A stretch of DNA of 63,438 nt, the filler included, from Actinomycetota bacterium (GTDB lineage Bacteria; Actinomycetota; CADDZG01; JAHWKV01; JAOPZY01): the NCBI GenBank assembly GCA_025963875.1. It is 6 parts of 6 records of this genome, joined end to end, with 100 filler letters (N's around TTAATTAATTAA, not from the genome) between each part and the next. Parts side by side here need not be neighbours in the genome. Positions count along the whole stretch, not along the records: positions 1 to 19,737 come from JAOPZY010000198.1; positions 19,838 to 25,130 come from JAOPZY010000115.1; positions 25,231 to 42,649 come from JAOPZY010000238.1; 3 more parts are not named here. The stretch is one strand, 5' to 3'. Position 1 is the stretch's first letter; each line of letters begins with the position of its first letter. Of the stretch, positions 18,942-27,519 are shown in pieces. Position numbers and translations under genes: made by a program. The notes beneath the pieces were generated by a model that saw nothing but the letters and a program-made list of their open reading frames with translations, was not told the origin of the DNA and ran no database searches.

Positions 18942-19737
18942 GACTCTGCCGGAAGTGGACCCGGCGGTTCCGGGTCGGGGCGCCCGCGGCCCCTCGGCGG
19001 CAGGTCGGGCTCGTCCGAGGGCCAGTTGGTCGAGAAGAGGTGGTACTGCTCCGGCGCCTTGCGGATCACCTCCTCGAGCGCGGAGGCAATGACCTGGGCG
19101 ATGGTGGACAGGTCCGCGTTCTCGTCGCCGCTTCGTTCGTACGGGATCGCCGTCACCTCGCACCGGAACCGCTCCGGACCGGTCTGGTAGAACGCCACCG
19201 CCGCCAGCGGCGCCCCGGTGCGGGCCGCGAGCAGCGCCGGGCCGACCGGGGCGGTGGTGCGCTCTCCGAAGTAGTCGACCCAGATCCCGCGCCGGGACAG
19301 GTCACGGTCGGCGACGAGGGCGACGATCTCCCCGTCGGCAAGCACCTTGAGCAGCCCCCGGAGGGTCTGCGCTCCGGGGCGGGCCGGCAGGATGTGGATG
19401 CCACGGTGCTCCCGGATCGCCGCGAACCATTCGTAGAGGGCCCGCGGCTTCAGCACCTCGGCGACCGTCGTGAGGGGGTAGTCCTTGGCCCCCCCCCACG
19501 CCCCGACGAGGTCGTAGAAGCCGAAGTGCGGTAGGACGGCGAGCAGGCCGGTGCGTGCGGCGACCGCCTCGTCGATGATCTCGATGTTGACGCCGTCCAC
19601 CATGTCGAGGAGCTCCTGCCGGCTGTAGCGGCCGAGGCGGAAGGTCTCGAGCCAGTAGCGGGCGTAGGAGAGGTAGGCACCCTTGACCAGGGCCTCCCCC
19701 GTCCCGCTGCCGGCCACCCTCGCCATGTTGCGCGCCA
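18938..19737 (-). CDS. Phosphatidylinositol mannoside acyltransferase (PatA-like), 5' truncated by contig end
   Basis: SYARYWLETFRL, LPHFGFYDLVG (H-x4-D), TTVAEVLKP, VALVADRDLS, and pimA synteny. Confidence 0.85.
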
Positions 19738-19837
19738 NNNNNNNNNNNNNNNNNNNNNNNNNNNNNNNNNNNNNNNNNNNNTTAATTAATTAANNNNNNN
19801 NNNNNNNNNNNNNNNNNNNNNNNNNNNNNNNNNNNNN
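19738..19837. other. Artificial contig linker
   Basis: N-run, TTAATTAATTAA (stops in all six frames), N-run. 100 nt in total. Confidence 0.99.
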
Positions 19838-20112
19838 GCGCCGACCTTCGTCACGATACGGAGGTCCTCCGGGTAGGGGTAGAGCGCTTCTTTGATGAGC
19901 TCGTTGACGATGTACGGGCCGTAGTAGTCGCTGGTGTCGATGTGGGTGATGCCGAGGTTCACGGCCTCGCGCAGGACGGCGATCGCCTCATCGCGGTCCT
20001 TCGGTGGGCCGAAGACGCCGGGGCCGGCCAGCTGCATGGACCCGTATCCCATGCGGCTGATCGTGAGGTCGTCGGCCAGCGTGAGAGTGTCGCCTGGGTG
20101 TGCTATCGACAT
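19838..20112 (-). CDS. Aldo/keto reductase, 3' truncated
   Basis: RMGYGSMQLAGPGVFGPP, GITHIDTSDYYGP, IVTKVG. Confidence 0.9.
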
Positions 20113-20153
20113 GGTTGATCCTCCGTGAGCCCGTGGTGTGCGAGACTTGGCCT

Positions 20154-20783
20154 ATGTCACTAGACAGGTACATAGTAGCTCCGACCGGCCGGCTATCAAC
20201 CAGGAGCCGTCCACGGGACGCGGAGGCGACCAAGGAGCTGCTGCTGGCCGCCGCCTCGGAAGAGTTCGCCGAGCACGGGCTGGCAGGAGCCCGAATCGAC
20301 CGCATCGCCGAGCGGGCCGGCGCCAACAAGCGTCTGTTGTACCGTTACTTCGGCGACAAGGAAGACGTCTTCGACGCCGTCATCGAGCGCCACGTCGGCC
20401 TGCTCGCCGAGGCCGTCCCCCTGACGCCCGACGACCTCGGCGCCTACGCCGGCGCTCAGTTCGACTACATGCTTCAGCATCCCCAGACCCTTCGCATCGC
20501 GGCCTGGCGAACCTTCGAGCGCTTCGAGCCGACCGACGCCGAACGCCGGGGCTACAAGGCCAAGGTCGACGCCATCAGTCGCGCCCAGCGTGAGGGCAAA
20601 CTCTACGACGGCGTGTCCGCGCTCGACCTGTTCGCGATCACGCTACGGATGGTCGCGAGCTGGCTCAGTGCTCCCCCGGGGCTTATGGCGGTGGCAGGGA
20701 AGGACCCGCTGTCTGCAGCGCGATTGCGCAAGCACCGTCAAGCGCTGGTCGAGGCCGTCCGCCGAGTCACCGAGCCGCGCTAA
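20154..20783 (+). CDS. TetR family regulator (start uncertain)
   Basis: RDAEATKELLLAAASEEFAEHGLAGARIDRIAERAGANKRLLYRYFGDKE. Confidence 0.9.
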   Translation: MSLDRYIVAPTGRLSTRSRPRDAEATKELLLAAASEEFAEHGLAGARIDRIAERAGANKRLLYRYFGDKEDVFDAVIERHVGLLAEAVPLTPDDLGAYAGAQFDYMLQHPQTLRIAAWRTFERFEPTDAERRGYKAKVDAISRAQREGKLYDGVSALDLFAITLRMVASWLSAPPGLMAVAGKDPLSAARLRKHRQALVEAVRRVTEPR

Positions 20784-20789
20784 AGGGTG

Positions 20790-21788
20790 TCACCCGACGA
20801 GCACGGCGCGCGCCGCGGTGATGAATGCCTCCAGTTCCCGAGTGATGTCCGGCCCGGTCGGCTGGTAGACGATCTCCGTGACGCCCTGCTCGGCGATCAC
20901 GGCGAGGCGTTCGGTGAGCTGTGCCGCCGATCCGGTCAGTGTGGTGGTCGGGATCGCTGCCCAGCTCCCCGCAGCCCAGGCGACCTCATCAGCCTGGCTC
21001 AGCGCGACGAGGTGCTGGTCGAAGACCACGAAATGTCGTTCCCGCTCGGGAGTCAGGTTGACGACGTCCAGCCACACCTGCCCGGCAGGCAGGAGCGTGA
21101 CATCGCCGCCGAATTCGTACGCTGCGTGGTAGGCCAGCGCATTTCCCGGGCCCGCAGCGGCACGTACCCGGGGCGAGTCCAGCACTTCGCCCTCGTCCAG
21201 GACCGTGCCGTGTACCCCGAGAGCGGCCCATGTGAAGTCTTTGGCCGACTCGGTCTCGCCGTTGACGCTGAACAGCCCAGCGCCCAGTTCCCTCGCCACG
21301 GCCAGACCCTTCGGGCCCAAGGCCGCGATGAGGATGGGGATGTCGATGGGTCGGGAAGAGGCGGCGCCGGCGGGATGCAGCATGCGCATGCGGCCACCGT
21401 CCCAATCGACGGTCCTTCCTTGCAACAGGCCTCGGAAGGTGCGGACATAGTCGCGTAGGTACGGCCAGGTGCTGGGCTTGGCGCCCATCGCCCGGCTGCC
21501 GGCGAAGCCGGTGCCGAAGGCGACCGCAACCCGACCCGGCGCCAGGGCCGAGAGTGTCGCGGCGCCCGAGGCGGTGACCATTGGATGGCGCAGGGTAGGG
21601 ACGAGGACGCCCGGCCCCAGCCCGATGCGCTCTGTGCGCTCGGCGGCCAGTGCCAGCATCATCCAGACATCGGGGCTGTGCGCCGGGGTGTCCTGCAACC
21701 AGGCCCGGTCGTAACCCAAGCGCTCCGAAACGGCGATGTGCTCCGGGGAATCGAGAGAGGTCGCAAACTGGCTCGAGATCTGCATCAC
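20790..21788 (-). CDS. LLM-class flavin-dependent oxidoreductase
   Basis: ERLGYDRAW, TERIGLGPGVLVPTLRHPMVTA, APGRV, ILIAALGPK. Confidence 0.88.
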   Translation of the reverse strand: MMQISSQFATSLDSPEHIAVSERLGYDRAWLQDTPAHSPDVWMMLALAAERTERIGLGPGVLVPTLRHPMVTASGAATLSALAPGRVAVAFGTGFAGSRAMGAKPSTWPYLRDYVRTFRGLLQGRTVDWDGGRMRMLHPAGAASSRPIDIPILIAALGPKGLAVARELGAGLFSVNGETESAKDFTWAALGVHGTVLDEGEVLDSPRVRAAAGPGNALAYHAAYEFGGDVTLLPAGQVWLDVVNLTPERERHFVVFDQHLVALSQADEVAWAAGSWAAIPTTTLTGSAAQLTERLAVIAEQGVTEIVYQPTGPDITRELEAFITAARAVLVG

Positions 21789-21794
21789 TGCGTG

Positions 21795-21824
21795 AAACTA
21801 ACAGACCTGTCTGTCTATTGTCAA
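21795..21824 (-). promoter_or_regulatory. Housekeeping-sigma promoter with operator in the spacer; leaderless start
   Basis: Minus strand TTGACA-N18-TAGTTT-N6-GTG. Palindrome ACAGAC-CT-GTCTGT (21801-21814) sits between the hexamers. Confidence 0.7.
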
Positions 21825-21978
21825 CCCGCCGCCGACGTTAGTCCACTATCGCGCATAGGCGCGCGATAGACGACCAACCTCCGCTCGCCCTGGCACCTCG
21901 GCGCTGCCAGCCGGGTGGATCAACGCTGTATTTCAGTTTGTGTGATCGTGGAGCCCCGGACGAACCAAGGAGACAGAC

Positions 21979-22809
21979 TTGACCACCAATCTTGTAACGG
22001 CAGACGGGCGGGCTCGCCTGCTCGCGGACGGCAACGAGATGCCGATGCTCGGCCTCGGCGTCTGGCAGGTGCCCAACGGGCCGGAGTGTGTCAACGCCGT
22101 GCGATGGGCACTCGAACTGGGGTACCGGCACATCGACACCGCCCAGGCCTACGGCAACGAGGAGAGCGTCGGACGGGGGCTGCGCGAAAGCGGCGTGGCC
22201 CGCGACGAGGTCTTCATCACCACGAAGTTCCATCCCACGCACAAGGATCCCGCCGCCGAAGCCGAGCAGAGCCTCAAGCGGCTCGGCGTCGACCACGTCG
22301 ACCTGTACATCGTCCACTGGCCGCAGCGCGGGCCCACGTGGGCCTGGCCGGGCATGGAACGGGCCCGCGAGCTGGGCTACACCCGTTCCATCGGCGTCTC
22401 CAACTTCAACGTCGGCGAACTGAATGCGCTGCTCGACGCTGCCAGCGTCCCACCAGTGGTCAACCAGGTGCAGTTCAGCCCCTTCAAGTACCGTCGAGCG
22501 CTGCTCGAGGCCTGCCAGGAGCACAACGTCGCCCTCGAGGCGTACAGTCCGCTCGGGACCGGCCGGAATCTTTCCAACCGGACTGTCAAGCGTGTTGCCC
22601 AGCGTGTCGGGCGCACCCCGGCACAGGTGCTCTTGCGCTGGTGCCTCCAGCACGAACTTCCTGCCATCGCCAAATCCACGCATCGCGATCGGCTCGAGGA
22701 GAACCTTCGGATCTTCGACTTCAGTCTGTCGAACGAAGACATGGCCGATCTCGACGCATGCGACGAGACCGGGGGTACCGACCGGGCGCTCGAACGGCCG
22801 TGGTGGTGA
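21979..22809 (+). CDS. Aldo/keto reductase (2,5-diketo-D-gluconate reductase-like)
   Basis: GLGVWQ, GYRHIDTAQAYGNE, FITTK, DLYIVHWP, IGVSNF, AYSPLG. Confidence 0.93.
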   Translation: MTTNLVTADGRARLLADGNEMPMLGLGVWQVPNGPECVNAVRWALELGYRHIDTAQAYGNEESVGRGLRESGVARDEVFITTKFHPTHKDPAAEAEQSLKRLGVDHVDLYIVHWPQRGPTWAWPGMERARELGYTRSIGVSNFNVGELNALLDAASVPPVVNQVQFSPFKYRRALLEACQEHNVALEAYSPLGTGRNLSNRTVKRVAQRVGRTPAQVLLRWCLQHELPAIAKSTHRDRLEENLRIFDFSLSNEDMADLDACDETGGTDRALERPWW

Positions 22810-23828
22810 AGATGAAACGCAGAGTCCTTGGTGGCACCGGTATGTCGGTCAGCGAGTTCGCTCTTGGCGCCATGATGTTCGGGGCGGGGGGCAACCCCGA
22901 TCATGATGAATCGGTCCGCATCATCCACACGGCACTGGACGCTGGCATCAACTTCGTCGACACGGCCGACATCTACTCCCGAGGCGAGTCCGAGGAGATC
23001 GTTGGCAGGGCGCTCAAGGGGCGTCGCGACGACGTGGTGCTGGCCACGAAGTTCGCCCTCCCGATGGGGCCCGATGCCAACCAGGCCGGCGGCTCGCCCC
23101 GCTGGATCAAGCGGGCCGTTGAGGACAGTCTGCGGCGGCTGGACACCGACTACATCGACCTCTACCAGATGCATCGTCCGGACCATCACACGGACATCGA
23201 CGAGACGCTGTCGGCACTGACCGACCTGGTTCGCTCGGGCAAGGTGCGGGCAATCGGCTCTTCCGCCTTCCCTGTCGAACTGATCGTCGAAGCGCAGTGG
23301 AGCGCAGACAGGCACGGGCACCGCCGCTTTCTGACCGAGCAGCCGAAGTACTCGATCCTCAACCGAACAATAGAGGCCGCGGTTCTCCCGACCGCGCAAC
23401 GCTACGGTATGGGCATCTTGACCTACGGGCCGCTGAGCAGCGGCTGGCTATCCGGACGGACGGACCCCACGAAGGGCCACCGCGCCGGCGGGGTCGGGGC
23501 CAGGCTTTTCGACCTCACGGTGCCGGGCAACCAAGCGAAAGTAGAGGCCGTCGGGCAACTCACGCAGCTTGCTGCCGAGGCGGGGATGCCGCTGACGCAC
23601 CTGGCCACGGCGTTCGTCCGGTCGCATCCGGCAGTCACGTCGGTTCTCATCGGCCCCCGGAAGCCCGAGCACCTCGACGATCTCCTTGCCGGTTCCGACG
23701 TGGTGCTGAGCGAGGATGTCCTCGACCGGATCGACGACATCGTCCCTCCCGGCACCGAGCTCAACCCGGCAGACAACTTCTTCGCCGAACCCCCGGCTAT
23801 CGCGGACAAGCGGCTGCGCCGCCGCTGA
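22806..23828 (+). CDS. Aldo/keto reductase (aryl-alcohol dehydrogenase-like); start 22806 or 22812
   Basis: LGAMMFG, GINFVDTADIYS.GESE, VLATK, SLRRLDTDYIDLYQMHRPD. Confidence 0.93.
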   Translation: MKMKRRVLGGTGMSVSEFALGAMMFGAGGNPDHDESVRIIHTALDAGINFVDTADIYSRGESEEIVGRALKGRRDDVVLATKFALPMGPDANQAGGSPRWIKRAVEDSLRRLDTDYIDLYQMHRPDHHTDIDETLSALTDLVRSGKVRAIGSSAFPVELIVEAQWSADRHGHRRFLTEQPKYSILNRTIEAAVLPTAQRYGMGILTYGPLSSGWLSGRTDPTKGHRAGGVGARLFDLTVPGNQAKVEAVGQLTQLAAEAGMPLTHLATAFVRSHPAVTSVLIGPRKPEHLDDLLAGSDVVLSEDVLDRIDDIVPPGTELNPADNFFAEPPAIADKRLRRR

Positions 23829-23865
23829 GCCACCGCAGCACCCCAGCCAGCCTCAAAAGGCCCGG

Positions 23866-24063
23866 CTATGACAGCTCCTCGCTGAGGCGGTGATGGAGCT
23901 CGGCAACGAACTCGCTCCGGGGAAGGCTGGCGCCTGGTTGGGCGGCACGCAATTCGATGGTTGCCCGCATGGCGGCAACGTTATCGGCCGTGGCGGCGAT
24001 CATCCTGGATCGGCGATTGAGGAGCAGGTCTTCGACGAAGGCGGCAATTCCCCCACGAGACAT
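23866..24063 (-). pseudogene. Probable truncated N-terminal domain of an actinobacterial Rieske/anti-sigma-like protein
   Basis: FVEDLL..RR...RATIELRAAQPG...PRSEFVAELHHRL resembles (from memory) the N-terminus of Rieske proteins encoded beside cupredoxin and ECF sigma genes. It stops at 65 aa with no C-x-H motif. Confidence 0.5.
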
Positions 24064-24065
24064 GT

Positions 24066-24506
24066 TCAGCTGGTGACGACGACGGTTCCGTGCATGAAGG
24101 GATGGATCGAGCAGATGTAGGTGTAGGTCCCCGGCGCGTCGAATGCGTGCGAGAAGCGGTCGTTGCGCTGAAGGACCTTGGAGTTGATCCCCGGGCCTGC
24201 GAAGCTCACGGTGTGGCCGATGTCGTCATGGTTGGTCCAGCCAACGGTGTCGCCCACCTTGATCGTCACTGTGGCCGGCATGAACTTGAAGTTGGCGATG
24301 CCCACCTCGGCCGCGCCTGCAGGGACGGCGGGCGGCGCAGAAGCTGACGTCGGCGGTCCCGCCGCCGAGCCGTAGCCGGCGCTGTTGGAGGCGGCCGGAG
24401 CACAGGCGGCGAGCCCGACAACGGCGATCGCGCCGAGCACCGACCATCGAAACGGGGTGATGCGCTTCGCTGGTCCCTTCCCTCCTGCAGCGGTGTGTGC
24501 GTCCAT
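24066..24506 (-). CDS. Cupredoxin (plastocyanin/amicyanin-like) lipoprotein
   Basis: Lipobox LAAC. WTNHDDIGHTV and YICSIHPFM supply type-1 Cu ligands H, C, H, M. ATG 24506 follows GAAAGGA. Confidence 0.9.
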   Translation of the reverse strand: MDAHTAAGGKGPAKRITPFRWSVLGAIAVVGLAACAPAASNSAGYGSAAGPPTSASAPPAVPAGAAEVGIANFKFMPATVTIKVGDTVGWTNHDDIGHTVSFAGPGINSKVLQRNDRFSHAFDAPGTYTYICSIHPFMHGTVVVTS

Positions 24507-24693
24507 GGGGGTCCTTTCGGTTCTGGCGGGCACGTTGTCGCGGTCACCTCTAGATACCGAGGGCGGTTACGCCGCGCCCTCGACTCCTGTAACCCCCGTC
24601 GGTACCTCTGGAGTGGGACCGTCCTCCGGATCGCTCCTGGTCCACCGGTGCCGCAGGGCCGCAAGGTCCGCAGGAGGAAGAGGAGACGTTGAC

Positions 24694-25130
24694 ATGGACA
24701 GACGCAAGAAGGTGGTCATCGCAGTGGCCGGAGCCGCACTGAGTTTGGGGCTCGCCTTCCTTATCTTCGGAGGAGCGGGTGGCCTCTACGGTTCCTCGCC
24801 ATCAGCCGCTGCCTCCGGCCGCCAAGGTGGCCTGGGCGTCGCAGTGGCGACGTCGAAGCTCGGCCGGATCCTCGTCGACGGTACCGGCCGGACCCTCTAC
24901 CTCTTCGAGGCGGACACCCATGGCTTGTCGGCGTGCGACGCAACGTGCGCCCAGGCGTGGCCACCGCTGATCGCAAAGGGCGCGGAGACCGCCGGCAACG
25001 GCGCCAAGGCCACCGAATTGGGCTCGACCACCCGCCAGGACGGTTCCACCCAGGTCACCTACCACGGCCACCCCCTCTACGACTTCTCCGGGGACGCCAA
25101 GGCTGGGGACACGGCCGGCCAGGGGTTGCA
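24694..25130 (+). CDS. Secreted repeat (Lipoprotein_15/COG4315-type) protein, 3' truncated
   Basis: N-terminal hydrophobic segment, LVDGTGRTLYLFEAD, C...CAQAWPP, QVTYHGHPLY.F.GD. Confidence 0.85.
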
Positions 25131-25230
25131 NNNNNNNNNNNNNNNNNNNNNNNNNNNNNNNNNNNNNNNNNNNNTTAATTAATTAANNNNNNNNNNNNNN
25201 NNNNNNNNNNNNNNNNNNNNNNNNNNNNNN
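25131..25230. other. Artificial contig linker
   Basis: N-run with TTAATTAATTAA. Confidence 0.99.
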
Positions 25231-25489
25231 GGATGGCCTGGACCTCGTTGAGCGCGCCTTCAGCCGTCTGGACGAAGCTGATGCCGTCCTGGGCGTTGGC
25301 GATGGCCTGGTTGGTGCCGCCGATCTCGGCCCGCAGGGACTCGGACTTGACGAGCCCTGCTGCGTCGTCGGCTGCCCGGTTGATCCGGAAACCCGAGGAC
25401 AGCTTCTCCAGGGACTTCGAGAGGGCGTTCGATGTGGTGTTCAGGTTGCGGTACGCGTTGTACGCCGCAATGTTCTGGTTGATGCGCAT
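25231..25489 (-). CDS. fliC: Flagellin, N-terminal part
   Basis: MRINQNIAA...SLEKLSSGFRINRAADDAAGL...NAQDGISFVQTAEGALNE. Confidence 0.97.
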
Positions 25490-25497
25490 GACGGTGA

Positions 25498-25562
25498 TAC
25501 CTCCTTGTAGGTCGAGGCTCGGGTTTCCCCGGGCCTCAGCTTCGATCCGACTTCCTTGTCGG
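25498..25562 (-). promoter_or_regulatory. Two putative CsrA-binding sites in the flagellin leader
   Basis: Hairpin CCGAC-AAGGAA-GTCGG (25547-25562) and TAC-AAGGAG-GTA overlapping the Shine-Dalgarno (25498-25509). Confidence 0.65.
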
Positions 25563-25574
25563 CTCGATGGTGCA

Positions 25575-25601
25575 CTGTCGGCCTCCGGCGTGGGGGCTTA
25601 A
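25575..25601 (-). promoter_or_regulatory. Putative sigma-28 (FliA/WhiG) promoter of fliC
   Basis: TTAA-N15-GCCGACAG against consensus TAAA-N15-GCCGATAA. Confidence 0.65.
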
Positions 25602-25664
25602 CCGAACCGGTAGATTTAGAAAGGGGATTGCGTCCATCGTCGGCCGGACAGGAGTGAGCACGGC

Positions 25665-26381
25665 TTGGGCAATCGGATCCATCCCACCGCCGTCGTCGGC
25701 GACGCGGTCCACCTGGGCGACGGCAACGTCGTCGGTCCGTATGCGGTGCTGCTCGGCCCCTGCCGCATCGGCGACAACAACTGGATCGGCCCCCACGCAA
25801 CCCTGGGGGCGCCCGCCGAGCGGCGTGCCGGGCCGCACCCGGCTGCCTGGGACGGCGAGCTCGCGGGGACCGAGCTTTTGGGCACCGGCGTCGAGATCGG
25901 CTGCGACAACGTCATCCGTGAGTACGTCTCGGTCCACCAGGGCAGCGTGGCGGGCCCCACCCGTCTCGGCGACGGCGGCTACCTCATGACCGGCTCGCAC
26001 CTGGGGCACGACTCCGTCGTCGGCGACGGCGTGACGATCGCCTCGGCCGTCCAGATCGCCGGCGGTTGCCACGTGTGGGCGTGGGTGAGCCTCGGCCTGG
26101 GGGCCGTCGTCCACCAGGACACCGTCGTCGGCCCGGGGGCCATGATCGGCATGGGCTCCCCCGTGCGGGGCGTGGTCGACCCGTTCAGCCTGGTGGTGGG
26201 CAACCCCGCCCGGAAGGCCGGCTTCAACACCGTCGGCCTCACGCGCCGTGGCTGTTCGGAGGAACTGATCCCGGCCCTGGAGGCCTACCTGCGGGGCCGG
26301 GCGGAGCTGCCCGCCGGGCTGCCTGAGGAGGTTGCCCTGATGCTGCAAACCTGGGAGCGGGCGCAGGCCGCCAGGCGCTGA
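25665..26381 (+). CDS. LpxA-like hexapeptide-repeat acyltransferase
   Basis: IHPTAVV, NVIREYVSVHQGS, LMTGSHLGHDS, VVHQ, GNPAR..GFN.VGL.RRG align with LpxA, including the C-terminal helical domain. Confidence 0.85.
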   Translation: MGNRIHPTAVVGDAVHLGDGNVVGPYAVLLGPCRIGDNNWIGPHATLGAPAERRAGPHPAAWDGELAGTELLGTGVEIGCDNVIREYVSVHQGSVAGPTRLGDGGYLMTGSHLGHDSVVGDGVTIASAVQIAGGCHVWAWVSLGLGAVVHQDTVVGPGAMIGMGSPVRGVVDPFSLVVGNPARKAGFNTVGLTRRGCSEELIPALEAYLRGRAELPAGLPEEVALMLQTWERAQAARR

Positions 26382-26454
26382 GGCAAAGCGACAGACTTAT
26401 CCGGCTCGAAGAGATAGCGTGTCAAGAGAGTTCATCGAACAGGGCCTCCGGCTA

Positions 26455-26503
26455 GAAGTCCGCAACCTTATCCGTGGTGGACACGGCTTTCGTTGCGAAC
26501 TTC
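26455..26503. repeat. 49-nt palindromic element GAAGTCCG-N33-CGAACTTC
   Basis: GAAGT-C-CGCAAC...CCGTG-GTGGA-CACGG...GTTGCG-A-ACTTC. Same termini as 40336-40383. Confidence 0.85.
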
Positions 26504-26540
26504 GTCGCTGCACCCATTTCACCCGGGAAGGGGCGAGCTG

Positions 26541-26780
26541 ATGGGACCGAGCGAACGGCTCGCCGGGGTCTTCCGCAAGGCACTGGAGCTGGGTGATGCC
26601 GTGGACGTCGAGGGCCTCACGTACCGGGGGGTCCCGGCGTGGGACTCGCTCGGGCACATGGCGCTCGTGGCGGCCATCGAGGAGGAGTTCGGCGTCGAGC
26701 TGGACTCCGACCAGGTCATCGATATGGCCAGCTTCCCGATCGCATGCAAGACGCTGCGGGACATGGGTGTGGATGGCTGA
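26541..26780 (+). CDS. Acyl carrier protein
   Basis: 79 aa, acidic, WDSLGHMALVAAIEEEFGV phosphopantetheine-attachment motif. Confidence 0.92.
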   Translation: MGPSERLAGVFRKALELGDAVDVEGLTYRGVPAWDSLGHMALVAAIEEEFGVELDSDQVIDMASFPIACKTLRDMGVDG

Positions 26781-27519
26781 GCTCGCCGGCCGGGTCGTGA
26801 TGATCACGGGGGGTACCCGGGGCATCGGCCTGGCGACGGCCCGGGCGCTGGGGGCGTGGGGAGCGACGGTCGTCCTGACGGGACGAGATCCGGAGATCGC
26901 TGCGAAACGGGCGGCGGAGGTCGCAGCAGAACTGGGGACGGAGGTCGCCGGCATCGGGCTGGACGTCAACGACGAAGACGCGGTGCAGGCCGCATTCCGG
27001 GGGATTGCGAAACGCTACGGCCGCATCGACGCCCTGGTCGCCGCAGCGGGGACCCTGGAGGCCGCACCGGTGGGATTGATGGTCCACGACCACGTGGAGC
27101 GCATGATGGCCACGAACGTCGCCGGCACGCTCGCCACGCTGCGGGCGGCCACCCAGGTCATGATGCGCAAGCGCTCGGGGTCGATCGTCCTGTTCGGCTC
27201 GGTCGCGGGCGAGCACGGCTCGGTGGGGCAGACGGCGTACGCAGCGGCGAAGGCGGCAGTTGCCGCGGCGGCCCGGTCGGCGGCCCGCGAGCTGGGCCCG
27301 TACGGCATCAGGGTGAATGCCGTCGCCCCCGGGGTGATCCGCACCGACCTGACGGCGGGCCAGAGCGAGGAGGTGCTCGGGGCGGTGCTACGGCGCACCC
27401 CCCTGGGGCGGCTGGGCGAGCCGGCGGACGTGGCCCGGGTCGTGCGGTTCCTCGTGAGCGACGAGGCAGCCTTCGTCACCGGCCAGGTGCTCGGCGTCGA
27501 CGGGGGCCTGGTCCTTTGA
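26773..27519 (+). CDS. FabG-like 3-oxoacyl-ACP reductase (SDR)
   Basis: TGGTRGIG, GQTAYAAAK, GIRVNAVAPGVIRTD, TPLGRLG, FVTGQVLGVDGG. Confidence 0.9.
   Translation: MAELAGRVVMITGGTRGIGLATARALGAWGATVVLTGRDPEIAAKRAAEVAAELGTEVAGIGLDVNDEDAVQAAFRGIAKRYGRIDALVAAAGTLEAAPVGLMVHDHVERMMATNVAGTLATLRAATQVMMRKRSGSIVLFGSVAGEHGSVGQTAYAAAKAAVAAAARSAARELGPYGIRVNAVAPGVIRTDLTAGQSEEVLGAVLRRTPLGRLGEPADVARVVRFLVSDEAAFVTGQVLGVDGGLVL

Noticed and set aside
21915..23828. Apparent long fusion ORFs (637 aa here; also 990 aa at 45718-48690, 677 aa at 26856-28889, 559 aa at 10098-11777)
   Set aside because: The N-terminal extensions are off-frame readings of the upstream gene. The true starts are at the stop/start overlaps.
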